Source of the DNA: Takakia lepidozioides
Taxonomy: Eukaryota > Plantae > Bryophyta
Reading direction: 5' to 3'
Length of the DNA stretch: 64,000 nucleotides
Assembly (NCBI GenBank): GCA_030704615.1
Contig: CM060733.1
Coordinates: forward strand, 42,036,001-42,100,000
Of this stretch, positions 51,134-63,335 are shown one piece after another. Each line of letters begins with the position of its first letter. The first letter of the stretch is position 1. The position numbers and the translations under genes were made by a program. The notes under the pieces are model-generated. The model was not told the origin of the DNA, ran no database searches, and saw only the letters and a program-made list of their open reading frames with translations.

Positions 51134-54100
51134 CTCGGCCGCGTGAAGTGCCATTGCTTCGGCATAAACAGGAAGTAGAAAATTGGAAAGGGGGCTGTCG
51201 AAAACAGACTCGCCAGAAATGATTGTATCTCCTGAAGATCCACCGCTGCCTTTCCTGAAAGACAGCCTGAAAAAGTTATTACTGTAACTTTGATGTTATC
51301 GAGAAATTGAGTATGACTCCCAAAGAGGGTTTAGCACTTACTCACATGAAAAGTCGTTGTCGACCTGCTTATCTTCGGGATCGTCATCATTTCAAATTTG
51401 AATCCGATCAGTCTGTGTGCCTGAAGTGGAGCCAGACAAAAGGGGGAGGAGCACGGTGTTGTAGAGGTCAGAATCACCCTCCATGCCAAAAAGGCTTCTT
51501 CCGCCTGCCTTGCATGCGTGGTAAGTTGCTCCTGCACCAGACAGGAGAACATGAACGGTTTGGAGGGGGGGATTTAAGCAGATGAAACTGTTGAAAGGAA
51601 ACCAATTCGGAAGGGAAAAAACAAACCTATGGACACAGAAAGATCGACCACCCGTGTAGAGCGGTGGCTGCATGACTCCAGCAGTATTTGCATGAATGCT
51701 GGTGACTTTTCCTTTGCACCTCTCCAGGGAGTGCCATCTGGTCTCTTCAGAGTCTGACTGGACTGCATGAAGTTGTACAAAATGTCATCGACATGGGGCT
51801 CATAGGGGGGGTTGACGAAACAACCCTGGTCAGAAATCTCAAAGCTGCGGATGGAGGATGGTGTCTTTGATGTGCGAATCCTCCGCAGGCAGATCGCCTC
51901 GAACATCCTCGTCTGGCAAAGATAGCAGGTTAGTGTGGTAAATACAATCTATAGTGGAAGTGTGTACATCGGCTATTCAGAACTCTGACACAAAAAAATC
52001 ATGAATCGGTGATGATCGGTGTCGATCATAAAACATTCTACTAGAGTGGAGCTGCAGAGAAAATTGAAACTCATGATCAAAGCACAAGCAGAAGGGAGAC
52101 GACATACCAGCTGACCAGGGAAACCCCCTTTCACAAGGTATAGGCTGTTCACACAATTCCATGTGCGCAAAACTTCAAACCCTGAAGACTTGAGGTATGA
52201 TGCCAATGCCCGACGACTATCATTGTCACATGACTGAAAAAGCAGAAGTGTCCCTGCATCAGAGAGGAAATTGTTACAGAACCCGAACACCCAACTCCAG
52301 TAGTTGTCCTCGAATTTGTTCCACCCTGGCGTCTTGCCCTTTGGAAGAACTTCTGGCACAGCCTGGCCATCCGGGATGTCGAGAATGACAATGTCGGCCG
52401 CATAAGTTTTCTGCACACCGCACACGAAGGTGGGACCTGTGCTCACCTGCAACAGACATGTTTTTTATAAGAACGATGGCAAGATTGTTTTCAAAGAACG
52501 AGACTGAAATACTGCCAACGAAACTTTCAGAGAAAAAGGAAAGAAACTGGAATTCTCACCAGATTGAGGAATGAGTTTATATTGTCCCATGTAAGGGATG
52601 GCACCCCAGTGTATCCTCTCTTTCGACTCTGCATCATCGAAAGCCAACCCTCATTAACAATTTTCATCTCTCCTGCTGAATCAGAACGGGAAGGGTGTGG
52701 CTTGGCATCGAACACGCACTGAAGAGTGCGGGTATATCTTCCAGCACTAAAGTCCTGCCCACTCTCCATCTCCTTTTCATTCTCCTTCCCCTTGTCCTTT
52801 TCCTTCTCTTTGGACTTGTCTTTGTCCTTTGGCTTTGCTGGTGAGATGGCTATGACATCAACAGCCTTGTCTTTTGGTTTGTGGCCCGCCTTCTTTCCCT
52901 TCTGCGGCGTTCCCTGAGCATCAGGCTCCTTGGCAGCCAATGTTGCTATGTTTCGTTGATACTCTTCGTCAGTCAAAGGCGCCAGCATCTCAGCGTTATT
53001 GTTCAAGTATTTCATATGCTGTTCTTGAAAGGTCGTGTGCTCAGGTGGGCAGTCAAGGTACCACCCACAGTCTCTGAAGTGAGAAGGACTCCAGTCCTTC
53101 AATATTCCTGCAGTATACATGGTTGGATCGTTTGCAGGGTCCGACCACATGTCAAGATAGTCGGGAATTCCGCTCAGGTGATTTCCTTCCATAAGCACAT
53201 ATTTCGTGTACCTGAAAAAAGGAGATAAATCCCAACCCACAAAAGCGCTCAGTGAGTAAGATGCAAGTAGAACAGAAAGAATAAAACATAGATTGAAATG
53301 GCTCTGAGAACTGCTCCAAGGACCTTTCAGGACCACACTACTGCTCCAGATATGAATGTCGTCAACGCCATTCAGAACATTCCATTCAATGACACTGTAA
53401 ATACACCCTAATCCAGGTGAATGCAAATTATCGTTTAGAAATGACACAGACATAGAAGTGAATGTCGTCAACGACATTCACTAATGAAGCCAAATTATTA
53501 CTTAAATGAAGCAAAATCACAGGATGGAAATCAAAAAATTGAGTAAGGAACCCTCCAGGCAAACTCAATGCACATTCATAACGAACCTATCACTGAGGAC
53601 CTCACAACATCACTGTATGTGAATGGCGTCAACGCCATTCACAAAAATACAAAAAAGAAACCAATTACTTAGCTCCCCAATCCATGTAAATTGAATTTGT
53701 CGCTGTTGAATAATACAGACACAGCTGTGAATGTCGTCAACGACATTCACTTTGGATTTCTTAAAACAGAGCTTATCAAGCCTCCACATTCATCGCAAGA
53801 GGCAAAAACAATGCAGAACAACTGAATGTCTGCATTGACATTCAGCAAAATGAAGTGAGGAACCCTCAGTGTAACCTCTATGGACATTACAAAAATTTAA
53901 ATAACTCTGAGGACCTCTCAACAACTCTGTATGTGAATGTCGTCAACGCCATTCAAGGACATTATCAATTCTAATCATGGACAATATAATTGCACCCTTA
54001 GATCCTAACCAGGTGAATTCATATACTCGCTTAAGAATGACTTAGACAAAGAAGTGAATGTCGTCAACGACATTCAATCTGAATCTAAGATTGCAATCCA

Positions 54101-55298
54101 TATGAAGCCACATTTTTTCCCAAAAAAACAGTAGAGTTTCAAGTATGACATTGCACCTGTACACAACTCGCATCATGGCCCACTCTCCTCCAACCTGACT
54201 GTCAAAGTCGTTGGACCGTAAAATGTTACCATCTTTGGAGAACTCCCGGAAAAAATAGTATCTCCAGGTGAGACCTCTCCACTTCCTTATGTATGCCTCC
54301 AATGACATTTGGGGAGGGGAAACAATCGCAATGTTCAGGTCCTTCAAAGTCTGATCCAGCACAATGACGGCGCGCTTTTCGAGCTGCAAATAGTATATTT
54401 GTCAGAATTACAAAAAAGATACACATCACATACTTGAAGAGAAGAAACAGCATGTTCGAATACACACCTGACTCCAAAATGTAGCCTTGTGGAGCCAGTT
54501 ATCAAACACCAAATCACTGATTCCTTCCACCTTTGTGCCAGGCTGTATGGTGCTTTTTGGGAATTGATTCAAGTCCTTTACTGTTTGATTTGAGTTCCAT
54601 ATCTCCAGCCACCTTATTTTTGTTTGTGGGTCGACCATCGATATGGCCAGCCGGTGCAATTTCTCCTGCTGCATCTCCGGATGCACATGCTTGTCATAGT
54701 GTGTTTTGATCTGCTGAAGGAACTCAGGACCAAGTCCAGGATCTACTATTCTAAGCTGCTTTCCGAAGGCTGACATCAATTTGGTTCTTCGCATTTCAAA
54801 CTCCTTCTTTATTGCAGCTTCCTCACCCTTTGATGTCCTTAGTTCTTCTGGTGTAGTGCGATAATATTTGGATTTTCCCTTCTCAGCTGCCTCTGCCAGT
54901 TCTTGCTGCATTCATTCAAGTAGTGATTAGCTCCGAAGGGACTACAAACATGTATTCGAAAAGTAAACAGATTACAGACTCGGGCTTACCGCATACATGT
55001 ACTCCAGAAACGCCTCTCGTGTCAAAGAATACCAAGTGCCTGCAGCTCTTCCTGTTTCGCACTTCTTGATGATATTGGGTGGTAGTACTGTCCGAAAATC
55101 ATCCAGCTTCATCAGACCAATCCTCTGAATTCGGAATAGTGTGTGAACCAAGCTTGTTGTCACATGCGATTTCTCTGTCGATCTGCAAAAACATTGGAAA
55201 CATTGCATTCCTTAACACTGTTTTTTGAGGATTAACAAGACACTACAGAGGGAATGAAATCTCCTGGATGACTTACTTGTTCACGTCATGCATAGCTG
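51134..55298 (-). pseudogene. Inverted partial duplicate of the family B ParB-methyltransferase gene (end of exon 2 to mid exon 10)
   Basis: Reverse complement of 58558-62721 with scattered substitutions. Confidence 0.92.
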
Positions 55299-56356
55299 AT
55301 CAACCTCGATACTGTCTCAACACTCTCCCTGTAATCCCCCTTCGAGACAGGATGGTTATGGAATCCAAAATGCACACAAGCTCTCGTCATTGTATTCAAA
55401 CGGTGGACAACATAGTACATTCTTGCTCCGCAGAGCGCCACGCAGGATGGCACAAGTTTGCAGAATTTGCAGACGAAAGTGTTTGCCGGTGGAGGGGCAG
55501 TCCCAGGCTGAAATGGATTCTCCGCCAGACCCTCCCATTCGCTTTGATTATGAACTCCAGACTGAAGAAAGTGTCTGCAATTCAAATTATCACACCTAAG
55601 GTGTCCATTGCAAACTGTCCTCCTGAAAACAAGCTTGTCATCATTCTGAATATTGGATGTTTTTGTTCTGCACCACGGGTGCCCGTCGTGTTTCTTGTCC
55701 ATTCCATGCATCATGATTGTTACACCTCCAACTCGCGGAGGAGGAGGCAGCTCGAATAGGATATCGCCATCAAAAGTCTCCGGCAAGAACTTCACAGGCA
55801 CCTGCTTCAAAGATTCCCAATCAATTCCCCGCAACTCGCTTTTGAATCCAGCCATTCCTCCCATCGCCCGCAATTTTGGAATGACACTACAAATCTCTTC
55901 TTCATCAGCTTCTGCAACCACAGTAGGAAGGACTAGATTTGGAATTTCACTTATGTCATCATCGGAAGAATCCGAAAGCTCAACGATTGGAGTGGAGGAC
56001 GTCTGTTCTTTTTTCACCACCACCTCCCTCTTGTCTTCAACGACCGAAGCAGCAGTCCCGGGCGTCACATATGACCCAAGGGACTTTCGCCGAGGCTCTC
56101 CAAGTACTCTGTATCGACCAGGACGCACTCTCCACTGGCTGATATGAGCCGTCTCATCACGGTTTTGGAAAGAATATTTCACCAACTTCCCTTTCAGATC
56201 GTAAACCTCTTTCTCCAAAAAGATGGAGCCATTCTGCAGCTGAAAACGGGTAGCCAAGACATGTTCCAGAACAATTGCAAATCCATTGTCAAGGACTTCC
56301 TGGGAGAACGGCACTGGTTTGTCGTCTGAGAAGAACTCCGCTTCAGAGGAAGCCAT
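55299..56356 (-). pseudogene. Family B transposase, N-terminal and GCM-like part only
   Basis: KKHDGHPWCRTKTS...CNGHLRCDNLNC...CKFC...GFHNHP. It is cut before the DDE core and joined out of frame to the inverted duplicate. Confidence 0.88.
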
Positions 56357-57104
56357 CTTCCTTCCTCGAGTATGTTTGTACCTTGCTATCGCAGATCTAG
56401 TGTAAATCGGTTTACTGCTGTCTCCAGAACACAGTTGAAGAATGAGCAGAGCATATGGCGGAGGAAGCTCAGATAACGACTGTGCATATTATGTTATTCA
56501 TTCCAGATATGCAGCCGTCCATTTTAATTACTTTTCTTGTGGGCCCAGTGGTCAGAGAATCCATAGGGGCAGTGTCGGCAACTGTTAAACCGTTAATCAG
56601 AACCTCATCAATAAACCCAATAACAAAGCCGACTTCCTGGAAGCATGCCACAGGATCCGAGAATGGGATTGCAGATTAAGTAAATGTATCTATATACTAC
56701 TACCAATGATCATGCGCACCTGGAAAGTTCCAAATGTGCAACGAATGTGGGGTTTGGATAACAAGGATGACCGTGTATGATATTCCAAATTTGTCATCAA
56801 ACTCTCGTTCATTTATATTTATTTGTTTAAGACTGCGCATCAATTTCTGGGATTCGCTGTTCTTTTTAAATATTGAACCAGTTATAATTTAGAACACGCC
56901 GTTTTGTTTTAGGCGGCACACGTCAAACATCCATAACTGAATACGAACAGCTGTACACCAATTGCTGGCATGTGCACTAATATCGAAACGACTATGTGTA
57001 ACGGTCACGCGGGAGGGAATCCGATGCTTCTAGAGACAAGCAAGAACACAGGCAATCCCGCAAGAAATCGGGAGTCACTGCGTTTTTCTACTTTTCGCGC
57101 TTAG

Positions 57105-60100
57105 AGGGAGAGTGGTAGTCAAGCTGGAGAGGGTTCCTTCTAGAATACGAAAGAGAAGAAAGTCTCTTTATTTTACTTCCCTTAGAGAGAGACGCAGAGC
57201 AAGAGAGAAAATGACGAGGCGTCGTTTGTTGGAGAACACAGGGCCAAGGCAGCAGGTGAACGCGGAGACTGATTCACAAGAGCAGACGGAGACTGAGGCA
57301 GCGGCTGCGACACAGCCGGCCATAAGAGTGCGCCAGCCTATGGAGGCAGAGATGAATCGCAGGGACACTGAAGAAGGTGGAAGCACGCGGAACGCCGAAC
57401 CTGAAGAAGGTCAAGAAACCCTTGCGCAGACAGAAACTCCAGCAGATGTGAGAGGGAAGAGGAAAGCTGCAGAAGGGGATCAAAGTTCAAAACCTAAGAA
57501 GGTGCCAGTAAGTTTTATCATATAGTCTATGTGATTGCCTTTCAAGGAGTCCTTCATCTTCCATTCTTTAGCAGGAACTACTGAATCACGAGCGTCGTTA
57601 ACGCCATTCGATTCTGCTCATGACATTTATGTACCTATGTGTTTGAAGAGAGAGTCTGCACTTACTATCCGCCCTAAACTACACTGAATGTCGTTGCCGC
57701 CAATCAGTTGCACATGTATGTCATTACACAACACCGATCCGGCAGGTCGTTATCTTTTGTGATTGTCGTTAACGCCGTTCGCTATTGCTCTCGCTTTTGT
57801 TTTGAATACGACAGTCTCGGCTTTTCTTGTGTAGATTGTGCTGAATTCTTTCACACCATTCATGGTGAGTTTCCTTGATACAGAGTGATTGTCGTTACCG
57901 CCATTCACTATTTGAAAATGACTTAGTCATAACTGAATGGCATCGTGCAGAAAACTGTGAGGTCGAAGCCTACAGGATCAGAGGGGAAAGGATCTGGAGA
58001 TGGGGACGAGTCCGCAAAAAGCTCAGAGAATACAGATGAAGCAGATGAATCCGAAGTGCACTACCTTGACAAGGTGAAAGAACTCATGTCATTCCAGAAG
58101 GTAAACTCTCAGGAGGTTATAAGGGACATGCTCGTATCTGGAGGGCGTCTGGACATACCTCTGTGCCGGATGATATCAATGCCTGTTGTGCGTCCACCTC
58201 TTTCCCACGACATAACAAAATTGGAGAGTGATTTTGTGCATGGATATAGACTTGGTGCACAAGTTTTTTATGTGTCACTGACGGATATAAATGGGAAAAG
58301 CACATTAGTTTCTCCAGAGATCAGTGATAACTGGGATGAGTGCTGGAAAGATGCCAATGAGGAGTTCGAGCTGGGCCTCATGATGGGAAAGAACACCCAG
58401 CAATTTTGCAACCACATGTTCTACGTCTGGGACGGCAACCACCGATTGCTGGCATGGATGGGATACATTCAGAAACACCATTCGAAAGACAAAGACAAGC
58501 ATGTTGCTGTGGAGGCAATGGTTTTGGATCCAGGAAACGACATCGCTAGGCTTCTTACAGCTATGCACGACGTGAACAAGTAAGTCATCCAGGAGATTTG
58601 ATTCCCTCTGTAGTGTCTTGTTGATCCTCAAAAAACAGTGTTAAGGAATGCAATGTTTTCAATGTTTTTGCAGATCGACAGAGAAATCGCATGTGACAAC
58701 AAGCTTGGTTCACACACTATTCCGAATTCAGAGGATTGGTCTGATGAAGCTGGATGATTTTCGGACAGTACTACCACCCAATATCATCAAGAAGTGCGAA
58801 ACAGGAAGAGCTGCAGGCACTTGGTATTCTTTGACACGAGAGGCGTTTCTGGAGTACATGTATGCGGTAAGCCCGAGTCTGTAATCTGTTTACTTTTCGA
58901 ATACATGTTTAGAGTCCCTTCGGAGCTAATCACTACTTGAATGAATGCAGCAAGAACTGGCAGAGGCAGCTGAGAAGGGAAAATCCGAATATTACCGCAC
59001 TACACCAGAGGAACTAAGGACATCAAAGGGTGTGGAAGCTGCAATAAAGAAGGAGTTTGAGATGCGAAGAACCAAATTGATGTCAGCCTTCGGAAAGCAG
59101 CTTAGAATAGTAGATCCTGGACTTGGTCCTGAGTTCCTTCAGCAGATCAAAACACACTATGACAAGCATGTGCATCCGGAGATGCAGCAGGAGAAATTGC
59201 ACCGGCTGGCCATATCGATGGTCGACCCACAAACAAAAATAAGGTGGCTGGAGATATGGAACTCAGATCAAACAGTAAAGGACTTGAATCAGTTCCCAAA
59301 GAGCACCATACAGCCTGGCACAAAGGTGGAAGGAATCAGTGATTTGGTGTTTGATAACTGGCTCCACAAGGCTACATTTTGGAGTCAGGTGTGTATTCGA
59401 ACATGCTGTTTCTTATCTTCAAGTATGTGATGTGTTTCTTTTTTGCAATTCTGACAAATATTCTATTTGCAGCTCGAAAAGCGCGCCGTCATTGTGCTGG
59501 ATCAGACTTTGAAGGACCTGAACATTGCGATTGTTTCCCCTCCCCAAATGTCATTGGAGGCATACATAAGGAAGTGGAGAGGTCTCACCTGGAGATACTG
59601 TTTTTTCCGGGAGTTCTCCAAAGATGGTAACATTTTGCGGTCCAACGACTTTGACAGTCAGGTTGGAGGAGAGTGGGCCATGATGCGAGTTGTGTACAGG
59701 TGAAATGTCATACTTGAAACTCTACTGTTTTTTTGGGAAAAATTGTGGCTTCATATGGATTGCAATCTTAGATCCAGACTGAATGTCGTTGACGACATTC
59801 ACTTCTTTGTCTGAGTCATTCTTAAGCGAGTATATGAATTCACCTGGTTAGGATCTAAGGGTGCAATTATATTGTCCCTGAGTAGAATTGATAATGTCCT
59901 TGAATGGCGTTGACGACATTCACATACGGAGTTGTTGTGTGGTCCTCAAGGTTATTTAAATTTTTGTAATGTCCATAGAGGATACAATGATGGTTGATCA
60001 CTTCATTTTGCTGAATGTCAATGCAGACATTCAGTTGTTCTGCATTGTTTTTTCCTCTTGCGATGAATATGGAGGCTTCATAAGCTCTGTTTTAAGAAAT

Positions 60101-62847
60101 CCAAAGTGAATGTCGTTGACGACATTCACAGCTGTGTCTGTATTATTAAAGAACGACAAATTCAATTTTCATGGATTGGGGAGCTAAGTAATTGGTTTCT
60201 TTTTTGTATTTTTGTGAATGGCGTTGACGCCATTCACATACAGTGATGTTGTGAGGTCCTCAGTGATAGGTTCGTTATGAATGTGCATTGAGTTTTCCTG
60301 GATGGTTCCTTACTCAATTTTTTTATTTCCACCCTGTGATTTTGCTTCATTTCAGTAATAATTTGGCTTCATTCTTGAATGTCGTTGACGACATTCACTT
60401 CTATGTCTGTGTCATTTCTAATCGCTTATTTGCTTTCACCTGGATTAGGATGTATTTACAGTGTCATGGAATGGAATGTTCTGAATGGCGTTGACGACAT
60501 TCATATCTGGAGCAGTAGTGTGGTCCTGAAAGGTCCTTGGAGCAGTTGTCAGAGCCATTTGTATCCATGTTTTATTCTTTCTGTTCTACTTGCATCTTTC
60601 TCACTGAGCGCTTTTGTGGGTTGGGATTCATCTCCTTTTTTCAGGTACACGAAATATGTGCTTATGGAAGGAAATCACCTGAGCGGAATTCCCGACTATC
60701 TTGACATGTGGTCGGACCCTGCAAACGATCCAACCATGTATACTGCAGGGATATTGAAGGACTGGAGTCCTTCTCACTTCAGAGACTGTGGGTGGTACCT
60801 TGACTGCCCACCTGAGCACACGACCTTTCAAGAACAGCATATGAAATACTTGAACAATAACGCTGAGATGCTGGCGCCTTTGACTGACGAAGAGTATCAA
60901 CGAAACATAGCAACCTTGGCTGCCAAGGAGCCTGATGCTCAGGGAACGCCGCAGAAGGGAAAGAAGGCGGGCCGCAAACCAAAAGACAAGGCTGTTGATG
61001 TCATAGCCATCTCACCAGCAAAGCCAAAGGACAAAGACAAGTCCAAAGAGAAGGAAAAGGACAAGGGGAAGGAGAATGAAAAGGAGATGGAGAGTGGGCA
61101 GGACTTTAGTGCTGGAAGATATACCCGCACTCTTCAGTGCGTGTTCGATGCCAAGCCACACCCTCCCCGTTCTGATTCAGCAGGAGAGATGAAAATTGTT
61201 AATGAGGGTTGGCTTTCGATGATGCAGAGTCGAAAGAGAGGATACACTGGGGTGCCATCCCCTACCTGGGACAATATAATCTCATTCCTCAATCTGGTGA
61301 GAATTCCAGTTTCTTTCCTTTTTCTCTGAATGTTTCGTTGGCAGTATTTCAGTCTCGTTCTTTGAAAACAATCTTGCCATCGTTCTTATAAAAAACATGT
61401 CTGTTGCAGGTGAGCACAGGTCCCACCTTCGTGTGCGGTGTGCAGAAAACTTATGCGGCCGACATTGTCATTCTCGACATCCCGGATGGCCTGGCTGTGC
61501 CAGAAGTTCTTCCAAAGGGCAAGACGCCAGGGTGGAACAAATTCGAGGACAACTACTGGAGTTGGGTATTCGGGTTCTGTAACAATTTCCTCTCTGATGC
61601 AGGGACACTTCTGCTTTTTCAGTCATGTGACAATGATAGTCGTCGGGCATTGGCATCATACCTCAAGTCTTCAGGGTTTGAAGTTTTGCGCACATGGAAT
61701 TGTGTGAACAGCCTCTACCTTGTGAAAGGGGGTTTCCCTGGTCAGCTGGTATGCCGTCTGCCTTCTGCTTATGCTTTGATCATGAGTTTCAATTTTCTCT
61801 GCAGCTCCACTCTAGTAGAATGTTTTATGATCGACACCGATCATCAACGATTCATGGTTTTTTGGTGTCAGAGTTCTGAATAGCCGATGTACACACTTCC
61901 ACTTTAGATTGTATTTACCACACTAACCTGCTATCTTTGGCAGACGAGGATGTTCGAGGCGATCTGCCTGCGGAGGATTCGCACATCAAAGACACCATCC
62001 TCCATCCGCAGCTTTGAGATTTCTGACCAGGGTTGTTTCGTCAACCCCCCTATGAGCCCCATGTCGATGACATTTTGTACAACTTCATGCAGTCCAGTCA
62101 GACTCTGAAGAGACCAGATGGCACTCCCTGGAGAGGTGCAAAGGAAAAGTCACCAGCATTCATGCAAATACTGCTGGAGTCATGCAGCCACCGCTCTGCA
62201 CGGGTTGTCGATCTTTCTGTGTCCACAGGTTCGTTTTCTCCCTTCCGAATTGGTTTCCTTTCAACAGTTTCATCTGCTTAAATCCCCTCCTCCAAACTGT
62301 TTATGTTCTCGTGTCTGGTGCAGGAGCAACTTACCACGCATGCAAGGCAGGCGGAAGAAGCCTTTTTGGTATGGAGGGTGATTCTGACCTCTACAACACA
62401 GTGCTCCTCCCCCTTTTGTCTGGCTCCACTTCAGGCACACAGACTGATCGGATTCATATTCGAAATGATGACGATCCCGAAGATAAGCAGGTCGACAACG
62501 ACTTTTCATGTGAGTAAGTGCTAAACCCTCTTTGGGAGTCATACTCAATTTCTCGATAACATCAAAGTTACAGTAATAACTTTTTCAGGCTGTCTTTCAG
62601 GAAAGCCAGCGGTGGATCTTCAGGAGATACATTCATTTCTGGCGAGTCTGTTTTCGACAGCCCCCTTTCCAATTTTCTGCTCCCTGTTTATGCCGAAGCA
62701 ATGGCACTTCACGCGTCCGAGTCCCTATCCCCTGACTTTTTAGTGGCCAGCCGTAGGTGTATCCAGCGTGGATCCGGTGTTCTAAAATACTTAGACTTAG
62801 ATGCAGAGGAAGAGGGGATACATTGTACTGACTCTGAGTCAGACTGA
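57105..62847 (+). CDS. ParB-DNA methyltransferase fusion, family B copy 2 (best preserved; 10 exons, about 1,200 aa)
   Basis: Exons: about 57105-57507, 57951-58579, 58674-58866, 58951-59388, 59473-59699, 60645-61296, 61410-61748, 61944-62228, 62324-62513, 62589-62847. All introns are GT-AG with compatible phases. The only lesion seen is one missing C at about 62050. The start codon is not resolved. Confidence 0.85.
59779..60503. repeat. Intronic family B palindromes (7 copies in intron 5)
   Basis: TGAATG(T/G)CGT-TG-ACG(A/C)CATTCA at about 59780, 59901, 60012 (degenerate centre), 60107, 60215, 60376 and 60482. Mirrored at about 53350-54077. Confidence 0.9.
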
Positions 62848-62974
62848 ACGGTATTCTTTTAATATTCATTTTTATATTATCTGGAAAACGTTGAATCCCC
62901 TTACTCTACCGTAGTTGTTCCTTTAGAACAAATAATAATCACAGAATCAACTTTCGTTTAAATTGCTATATGTA

Positions 62975-63335
62975 TGAATCCATCTCACAAACCTTCCTGA
63001 CTCTTCTCATATCCATTGTGCATTCATCTACACTGTATTCATGCGTGCTCCTTTCATGAAAGCTTCCTTTGTACAACATCCATTGTACATTCATCCTCTG
63101 TACTCTTTAATCCACCCCACAAACCTTCCACACTCATTTCATATACTTTGTGCATTCGTCAAAAGATTTGGTCATGCATCTTCCTGTCATGAATTTTTGT
63201 CATTGCTCAACATCCATTATACATTCATCCATTTTACTCTTATCCATCCGTCATTCATCCATCTACATAGATTTTTCAAACTCATCCATCTGTTTATCAT
63301 CCAACTGTACATTCATCCATCATTTATTCAATGCC
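62975..63335. repeat. Low-complexity (CATT/CATC)-rich tract
   Basis: Degenerate cattcatc/catccatt units downstream of the cargo gene. Confidence 0.6.

Noticed and set aside
51798-51815. NPPY in family B as the methyltransferase catalytic motif
   Set aside because: It is not conserved (family C has DPNC) and falls in the variable region. DIPD occupies the motif IV position after the hydrophobic strand.
55286-55310. Transposase-methyltransferase fusion protein at the inversion junction
   Set aside because: The junction is out of frame and reaches a stop after three codons.
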